From NCBI GenBank assembly GCA_041586155.1, contig JBFHAT010000002.1, forward strand, positions 53,635 to 117,634: a DNA stretch of 64,000 nt. The letters are read 5' to 3'. The position numbers and the translations under genes are program-made. Source of the stretch: Acidimicrobiia bacterium. Lineage in GTDB: Bacteria; Actinomycetota; Acidimicrobiia; Spongiisociales; JAENVV01. The stretch's first letter is position 1. Each line of letters starts with the position of its first letter. The notes under the pieces are model-generated. The model worked only from the letters and a program-made list of their open reading frames with translations. It ran no database searches and had not been told where the DNA came from. This document shows, one piece after another, positions 58,129 to 64,000 of this stretch.

Positions 58129-58896
58129 TTGATGGAGACGCTATCGCTCGTGTCGCTCGCTACCGCCGTGCTGTTTGGCGGGCTGTCGTTCATCTCTCCG
58201 TGCGTTCTGCCCCTCCTGCCCGGCTACCTGTCGCTCATGTCCGGCTATTCGGTCGCCGAGCTGCAGTCCGGCGAAGGCTCGGTGCGGCGCATGCTGGTGG
58301 TGACGTCGCTGTTCGTTGCTGGTTTCACAGCGGTGTTCGTGGCCCTGGGAGCCACGGCGACGAGCTTGGGAAGGTTCGTGCTCGCCAACCTGACGACCGG
58401 AACTCGCATCGCCGGCTGGATCGTGGTGGTGTTCGGGCTGGTCATCTTCTTCTCGGCTCTCACCAACGCATCGTGGCTGCAAAACCTCATGCGAGAGCGG
58501 CGGATGGACGTGCGCCCCAGCCGGTTCGGGAAGTTCGCCCCGCCGGTCATGGGTGTCGCCTTCGGGTTCGGATGGACGCCGTGCATCGGACCCGTCCTGG
58601 GAGGCATCCTCGCGCTGGCAGGGACCCAGGAGACCGTCGGTCAGGGGATCGTGCTGTTACTTGCCTATTCGGCGGGTCTGGGCGTCCCATTCATCCTGGC
58701 CGGCGTCGGCATGACGAGAGCATTCAAGACGATGACGTTCTTCCGCAAGCATCTCCGCACGATCAACGTGTTCTCGGGTGCGCTGCTGGCGGGGTTCGGC
58801 GTCTTGATGATCACCAACCGGCTGTTCATCGTGTCGGGCTGGGTGACCGAGGTGCTCGAGCGGATCCCCGGACTCGAACGGCTCGCCGCCATCTGA
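58129..58896 (+). CDS. ccdA: Cytochrome c-type biogenesis / thiol-disulfide transporter CcdA (DsbD family)
   Basis: The two conserved Cys sit in the expected TM helices (SPCVLPLLP ... TPCIGPVLG). Confidence 0.8.
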   Translation: MMETLSLVSLATAVLFGGLSFISPCVLPLLPGYLSLMSGYSVAELQSGEGSVRRMLVVTSLFVAGFTAVFVALGATATSLGRFVLANLTTGTRIAGWIVVVFGLVIFFSALTNASWLQNLMRERRMDVRPSRFGKFAPPVMGVAFGFGWTPCIGPVLGGILALAGTQETVGQGIVLLLAYSAGLGVPFILAGVGMTRAFKTMTFFRKHLRTINVFSGALLAGFGVLMITNRLFIVSGWVTEVLERIPGLERLAAI

Positions 58897-58924
58897 TGCT
58901 GTCGGGTTACCCTGACGTCCCCTC

Positions 58925-60400
58925 ATGGACGTTCCACTGACCTTCGACGAGTTCAAAGCGTTGGCCGAGCGCTTTCCTGTCGTGCCTGTCTCCACCAAGG
59001 TGCTGGCCGATCGAGAGACACCGGTGTCCGCGTTCGAGAAGTTGGTCGGTGATGCGCCGGGATTTCTGTTGGAATCCGTGGAAGGTGGCGAATCGTGGGC
59101 GCGATGGAGTTTCATCGGCTGGGACCCCGCATTCACGCTGCTGACCGACGATGGTCAATGCCGGTTCGAGGGCCGCGTGACTCCAGAGGTGGATCCGTCG
59201 GATGATCCGCTGACCGTCCTCGAACGCGTCCTCTCCGCCTACCACGTGCCCGACTTGCCCGAACTGCCGCCGTTGCACACTGGCGCGGTCGGCTACCTCG
59301 GCTACGACATCGTCCGCTACGTCGAGCATCTGCCGAATCGGCCGCCCGACGATCTGGGACTACCGGAGATGCTCTGGATGTTCGCCGGCTCGGTTGCGGC
59401 ATTCGATCGATTCGAGCAGACGATCACCCTGGTCCGGAATGTCTTCGTCGGAGCCGATTCTGCCGCGGACTACGAGCTCGCCGTCGCCGACCTGACGGCG
59501 GCGGTCGCCGCTCTCGGTCAGTCAGCTCCGTATCAACCCGTCTCGGCCACGATGACTCATCCGCCTGACCTGACCGCCTTGGACAGCACGCTCGATCGGG
59601 CGGCGTTCGAGCAAGCGGTGAAGGTGGCCAAGGAACACATCCGACTGGGCGACGCGTTTCAAGTCGTCCTGTCACAGCGCCTGGGAGCTCATTTCGATGG
59701 GGACCCTTTCACCATCTACCGGGCCCTCCGGGTGATCAATCCGAGTCCGTTTCTCACCTTCTTGCGTCACCCTCGGGTGACGCTGGCCGGAGCGTCGCCG
59801 GAGCTGATGACCCGAGTCCGCGACGGCCTCGTCTATTCACGGCCAATCGCAGGCACGCGACCGCGTGGCGGGGATCCCGACGAGGACCAGCGCCTCGCAG
59901 ACGAGTTGCTTTCCGATCCCAAGGAGCGGGCGGAGCACGTGATGCTGATCGATCTCGCCAGGAACGACGTGGGACGAGTGTGCGAATTCGGGACCGTCGA
60001 GGTCGACGACCTGATGGTGATCGAGAAATACAGTCACGTCATGCACATCGTCTCGCAGGTCAGCGGGCGCCTCCGGTCAGACGTGAGCAGCGTCGACGTC
60101 ATTCGGGCGACCTTTCCGCACGGGACGGTGTCGGGCGCCCCCAAGGTGCGCGCCATGGAGATCATCGACGATCTCGAGCCGGTGGCGAGAGGGCCGTATG
60201 CAGGCGCCGTGGGCTACCTCGACTTCTCAGGCAACGTCGACACGGCCATCTGCCTCCGCACGGTCGTCGTCGCCAACGGGCGCGCCTGGATTCAGGCCGG
60301 TGCCGGCTTGGTGGCCGACAGTGATCCGACCCGCGAATATGAGGAGACGATGAACAAAGCAGCTGCGTCCTTGGCTGCGGTGGCGACGGCCCGGCCATGA
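58925..60400 (+). CDS. trpE: Anthranilate synthase component I
   Basis: Chorismate-binding domain; Trp feedback motif LLESVEGG; catalytic region (GTVSGAPKVRAMEII; GAVGY). Confidence 0.9.
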   Translation: MDVPLTFDEFKALAERFPVVPVSTKVLADRETPVSAFEKLVGDAPGFLLESVEGGESWARWSFIGWDPAFTLLTDDGQCRFEGRVTPEVDPSDDPLTVLERVLSAYHVPDLPELPPLHTGAVGYLGYDIVRYVEHLPNRPPDDLGLPEMLWMFAGSVAAFDRFEQTITLVRNVFVGADSAADYELAVADLTAAVAALGQSAPYQPVSATMTHPPDLTALDSTLDRAAFEQAVKVAKEHIRLGDAFQVVLSQRLGAHFDGDPFTIYRALRVINPSPFLTFLRHPRVTLAGASPELMTRVRDGLVYSRPIAGTRPRGGDPDEDQRLADELLSDPKERAEHVMLIDLARNDVGRVCEFGTVEVDDLMVIEKYSHVMHIVSQVSGRLRSDVSSVDVIRATFPHGTVSGAPKVRAMEIIDDLEPVARGPYAGAVGYLDFSGNVDTAICLRTVVVANGRAWIQAGAGLVADSDPTREYEETMNKAAASLAAVATARP

Positions 60401-61347
60401 GCCCGGCGAGCTACGGCGACACGACTGCCGAGTATGTGGCCGTTCACGACACGGCAGGCCTGATTCCCGGGCGCTACGACGTCGTACGGGTGGTCGGTGG
60501 GGACGCCGTCGGCTTCCTCCAGGACATCCTCAGTCAAGAGATCGCCGGTCTGGATCGTGGCGAGGTGGCGCGAAGCTTTCTTCTCCAGCCGCAGGGCAAG
60601 CTGGTCGCCTTGTTGTGGGTGTTGCGTGGCGACGAAGAGGTCATTCTCCTCGCCGATCCCGGGTACGGCGGTGCCACGTCCGACCAACTGCGCCGATTTC
60701 TGATCCGCGTCGACGCAACGGTCGACCAGGACGGCGAACCGGCCGGCGCCTTGGTCGGCCCTTCGGCGGCCCAAGCGCTGAGGCATGGCGGTCTTCCGAT
60801 GCCAGATCGAGGTTGGCAACGGGACGGAAACATCATCGTTGCTCGCCTCTCGCCCGCGGGCTCGTCAGATCGCTTTGCGATCATCGGCGCCCACGCCGAC
60901 ATGTCGGGACTTCCCATGGTGGGAGAGGTGGCTGCGACCGCGCTGCGAGTCGAGGCCGGTGAGCCGATGATGGGCATCGACGTGGACGAGCGGACCATTC
61001 CGCAGGAGACGGGCTTGGTCGCCGAGTCCGTGGCGTTCGACAAGGGTTGCTACCTCGGCCAGGAGCTGGTGGCGCGCATCGACAGTCGCGGTCATGTCAA
61101 CCGGCGCCTCGTAGCCGTTCAGGTGCTCACGAATGTGATGCCGCCGGCGGGAAGCGAGGTTGTCGCCGGAGACGATCGAGTCGTTGGCCATCTCACCTCG
61201 CCTGCCGAGTCGCTCGCCCTCCGCAGCCCGATCGGCCTCTGCTTGCTCCGACGCGAGGTGGAAATCGGTTCATCGGTGCAGCTCCGCTGGCCGGGTGGTA
61301 CGGCGCCCGCCCGGGTGCTCGAGGTTCCCGTCTTCACAGACTCTTGA
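60397..61347 (+). CDS. YgfZ/GcvT-like folate-binding protein
   Basis: Signature KGCYLGQE motif. ATGA overlap with trpE. Confidence 0.7.
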   Translation: MSPASYGDTTAEYVAVHDTAGLIPGRYDVVRVVGGDAVGFLQDILSQEIAGLDRGEVARSFLLQPQGKLVALLWVLRGDEEVILLADPGYGGATSDQLRRFLIRVDATVDQDGEPAGALVGPSAAQALRHGGLPMPDRGWQRDGNIIVARLSPAGSSDRFAIIGAHADMSGLPMVGEVAATALRVEAGEPMMGIDVDERTIPQETGLVAESVAFDKGCYLGQELVARIDSRGHVNRRLVAVQVLTNVMPPAGSEVVAGDDRVVGHLTSPAESLALRSPIGLCLLRREVEIGSSVQLRWPGGTAPARVLEVPVFTDS

Positions 61348-61393
61348 CATTTCCCTTACACCGCCGTCGGGGATCGTGCCGATGATCGAAGGT

Positions 61394-62059
61394 ATGGCCG
61401 AACGAGGCACCATCGTGCTGATCGAGGACGAGGCGAGCATCGCGGAGATGTTGCGCTCCTTCTTTCGAGCTGAGGGGTATCGCTTGGTGTGGGCCGAGAC
61501 AGGCGAAGACGGCTTGAACCGAGTCGGAGAACGCAGCGTTCTGGCTGTGCTGCTCGATTTGAACCTGCCCGGGATCGATGGGATGGAGGTGTGTCGGAGA
61601 TTGCGGGCCCGTTCCGACGTCCCCATCATCATGTTGACCGCCCGTGACGACGAGATCGACAAGGTGTTGGGTCTGGAGCTCGGCGCCGACGACTATGTCA
61701 CGAAGCCTTTTTCGCCCCGTGAGCTGCTGGCAAGGGTACGGGCGGTGGCGCGCCGCGGGCTGGCCTCACCCGGCGATGTGATCACGGCCGGCAAGTGGAC
61801 GATCGACCGAGGCAGGCGGGCGGTGACGTCGGCCGAACGCCTGGTCCGGCTTACCGCCAAGGAGTTCGACCTGTTGTGGTATCTGGCCGAGCACGCCGGG
61901 CTGGTGATGACTCGCGCGCAGATCCTCGAAGCCGTGTGGGGCTTCGAGTACTTCGGGGAGACCCGAACGGTCGACGTGCACATCCGGCAGCTCCGCAAGA
62001 AGCTCGACGACATTCCCATCGAGACCCATTGGGGTGTCGGTTACCAACTCGACGCCTGA
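61394..62059 (+). CDS. OmpR-family response regulator
   Basis: Receiver domain (VLIEDE...D...K) plus a winged-helix trans-regulator C-terminus. ATG at 61394 is preceded by GAAGG. Confidence 0.8.
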   Translation: MAERGTIVLIEDEASIAEMLRSFFRAEGYRLVWAETGEDGLNRVGERSVLAVLLDLNLPGIDGMEVCRRLRARSDVPIIMLTARDDEIDKVLGLELGADDYVTKPFSPRELLARVRAVARRGLASPGDVITAGKWTIDRGRRAVTSAERLVRLTAKEFDLLWYLAEHAGLVMTRAQILEAVWGFEYFGETRTVDVHIRQLRKKLDDIPIETHWGVGYQLDA

Positions 62060-63420
62060 TGCGCTGGAAGCTCTTCTGGAGCATCCTCGCGGCTTGCATG
62101 ACGTTGGTGGCGACGGTGACGGTGGCGGCGGAGATCGCCCAGCAGGCTGCAGCCCGCCAGCGCGAGTTCGAGTCTCTGGCATTGCAGGGCGCGGTGGTGG
62201 CCACTCGTCTGCAAGGAGTGGGGACGGAGGCGAGTCGATCGACGGCGAGGCGGGAACTGGCCGACTTCCTCGAGGGCGTCGAGGCCGGCACCGAGTTCGC
62301 CATCAGAGTGGGGCGATTGGCCGGTCCTTCCATCGAGTTCCTCAACGGGCGGTCTGGTTCGGTCGGCGAGGCTGCGGCGGCCGAGTTGCTCGCCGGCGAG
62401 ACCGTCATGACGCGGTCGCGATCGGGGACCAGGAGCGAGACGCTGACCGTGATGGCTCCGTTCGACTTCGACGGCTCGGTTGGGGTCGTCACCGTCCAGA
62501 GGGAGATCCGGCTCTGGTCGATCGGCTCGGTGGTGGCCACCTGGCGGATTCCGTTCTTGGTGGCGGTCATGGTCTCAGCGGTCGCGGCCATGCTGGTGGC
62601 GGGTCGTTTCACGCGGCGGCTCCGAGCGCTGGTGTCGGCCGTCGAGGGCTACGCGGCGGGTCGCAGGATCGAGGTCCCCGTGGCGGGGGCCGACGAAGTG
62701 GCCGAAGTGGCGGCGGCATTCAACTCTCTCTCGAAGCAGCTCGACGATGCTCGCGTGAGAGAACGGGAGTTCCTCATGGACGTCTCTCACGACCTTCGAA
62801 CCCCCCTGACCACGATCGTCGGCTACTCGGAGATGCTCGGCCGGCACGACGATCCGGCCACCGCCCGTGTCGGAGAAGCGCTGGCGCGGGAATCGCACAG
62901 ACTGAGCCGGCTGGTGGACGATCTCATGGTGCTCGGACGGCTGCAGGCGAGCCAGTTCGACGCGGTAGTAGACGATGTGGACCTTGCTCCCGTTGTCGAC
63001 ACCGCCGCACGCGGTCTGGCTGCGCGAGCGGCAGCCAAAGAAGTGTCGGTCGTGGCCGAGACGCATCCGACCCCCGTGAGAACGGATGCCGGACGAGTGA
63101 CCCAGATCCTCGGCAACCTGGCCGACAATGCGCTGCGCCACACCCCGGCAGGAGGGCGCATCGAGCTCTCGGTGCGGCCTGGTGCTGCAGGGGGCGCCGT
63201 CCTCACGGTGACCGACACGGGCAGCGGAGTGGCGGCCGACAGGCTCGCTCATCTGTTCGACCGTCTGACCGCTGGGCCGGAGCGTCCGGCCGGTTCGGGA
63301 CTTGGATTGGCCATCGTTCGTGCACTCGTCGATCTGCTGGGTGGAACCGTTCACGCCCACAACCGGGATGAAGGAGGGCTGGTGGTGACGCTGGAGCTTC
63401 CGGCTGCCCCGCCGGGCTGA
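62059..63420 (+). CDS. Sensor histidine kinase
   Basis: 2 TM helices flank a periplasmic sensor domain; HAMP; HisKA H-box (MDVSHDLRTPLT); HATPase_c (GSGLGLAIV). TGATG overlap with the response regulator gene. Confidence 0.8.
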   Translation: MRWKLFWSILAACMTLVATVTVAAEIAQQAAARQREFESLALQGAVVATRLQGVGTEASRSTARRELADFLEGVEAGTEFAIRVGRLAGPSIEFLNGRSGSVGEAAAAELLAGETVMTRSRSGTRSETLTVMAPFDFDGSVGVVTVQREIRLWSIGSVVATWRIPFLVAVMVSAVAAMLVAGRFTRRLRALVSAVEGYAAGRRIEVPVAGADEVAEVAAAFNSLSKQLDDARVREREFLMDVSHDLRTPLTTIVGYSEMLGRHDDPATARVGEALARESHRLSRLVDDLMVLGRLQASQFDAVVDDVDLAPVVDTAARGLAARAAAKEVSVVAETHPTPVRTDAGRVTQILGNLADNALRHTPAGGRIELSVRPGAAGGAVLTVTDTGSGVAADRLAHLFDRLTAGPERPAGSGLGLAIVRALVDLLGGTVHAHNRDEGGLVVTLELPAAPPG

Positions 63421-63457
63421 GTGGCTGCGGGCTCTGGAGCATTCGCCGGCGAATACC

Positions 63458-64000
63458 ATGACCGGGATGATCGATGAAATCGTGGCGCGTGTCCGACAGG
63501 ACCTCGATCCGGGGCTGTTTCCGGATCTGAGGCGCGCCGTGTTGGAGCGAACCGACCTGCCGGCACCTCCGTCTTTGGCGACCGCGCTCTCGGCCCCCGG
63601 CCTGTCGGTGATCGCCGAGATCAAGAGACGGTCGCCCTCGCGAGGCCCAATCGATACGGCTCTCGATCCGTCGGCACACGCTCAGCGATACGTCGCCGGA
63701 GGCGCCGCCGCCGTGTCGGTGCTCACCGAGCGCGCATTCTTCGACGGGTCGCCCGAAGACCTGCAGCTGGTCGCGGCCGAGGTGGATGTGCCGGTGTTGC
63801 GCAAGGACTTCATCGTCCACCCGATGCAAGTGTGGGAGGCGAGATTGTGGGGAGCCTCTGCGGTGTTGCTCATCGTCGCAGCCCTGACCGATGATGCGCT
63901 GCACAGCCTCCTCGCCGAGGCCGGGCGCCTCGGCATGGAAGCTCTCGTCGAGGTGCACGACGAGGCGGAGCTGGATCGAGCACTGTCTCAGGGAGCCTCG
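63458..64000 (+). CDS. trpC: Indole-3-glycerol phosphate synthase, 3'-truncated at the window edge
   Basis: VIAEIKRRSPSRG, VLTE and LRKDF motifs. The frame stays open to the last base of the window. Confidence 0.8.
   Translation, partial: MTGMIDEIVARVRQDLDPGLFPDLRRAVLERTDLPAPPSLATALSAPGLSVIAEIKRRSPSRGPIDTALDPSAHAQRYVAGGAAAVSVLTERAFFDGSPEDLQLVAAEVDVPVLRKDFIVHPMQVWEARLWGASAVLLIVAALTDDALHSLLAEAGRLGMEALVEVHDEAELDRALSQGAS

Noticed and set aside
1-64000. Scan for CRISPR arrays, tRNA/rRNA genes, and IS elements with terminal inverted repeats
   Set aside because: Saw no regularly spaced repeat-spacer arrays and no tRNA-like cloverleaf candidates in the few intergenic regions. No transposase ORF was seen; the only recombinase-like gene lacks a DNA-binding domain and recognisable ends.

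Overview
This is a 64 kb window of high-GC (actinobacterial-type) chromosome, densely packed with mostly core genes; many neighbours are translationally coupled through ATGA/GTGA overlaps. Gene order from the start of the window:
- a zinc-ribbon membrane protein (truncated 5')
- a metallophosphoesterase
- a tightly coupled five-gene unit: SRPBCC protein, ArsA-family ATPase with an HSP20-like C-terminus, a 54-aa ORF, ROK glucokinase, DUF1232 membrane protein
- a class I aminotransferase
- a DUF4870 zinc-ribbon membrane protein
- an alpha-glucan phosphorylase and, divergent from it, a threonine aldolase
- a coupled fatty-acid synthesis operon fabD-fabH-fabG-acpP-fabF
- two coupled membrane ORFs, a zinc-ribbon NUDIX hydrolase, a histidine phosphatase, DinB, a DUF3040 protein and a MerR regulator
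- the MoxR / DUF58 / transglutaminase-like triad on the minus strand
- a small possibly accessory patch: two coupled unknown ORFs, a serine-recombinase catalytic-domain-only protein, an HNH endonuclease and a secreted protein
- a complete division and cell wall (dcw) cluster: mraZ-rsmH-ftsL-ftsI-murE-mraY-murD-ftsW-murG-murC-murB-ftsQ-ftsZ. There is no murF, ftsA or ddl, and GTGGN direct repeats with 10-bp phasing sit in the mraZ promoter.
- pgeF-yggS-sepF-yggT-divIVA, then ileS on the minus strand, then lspA-rluD, a rhomboid protease and dnaE
- two tandem ArsA/GET3-like ATPases abutting the dnaE stop
- small ORFs, a PaaI-type thioesterase, nth, a MATE transporter, ccdA, trpE, a YgfZ-like protein, an OmpR-type two-component system, and trpC (truncated 3')
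No rRNA or tRNA genes and no CRISPR array were seen. The only mobile-element hint is the recombinase/HNH patch. Start codons of several genes are inferred and uncertain.
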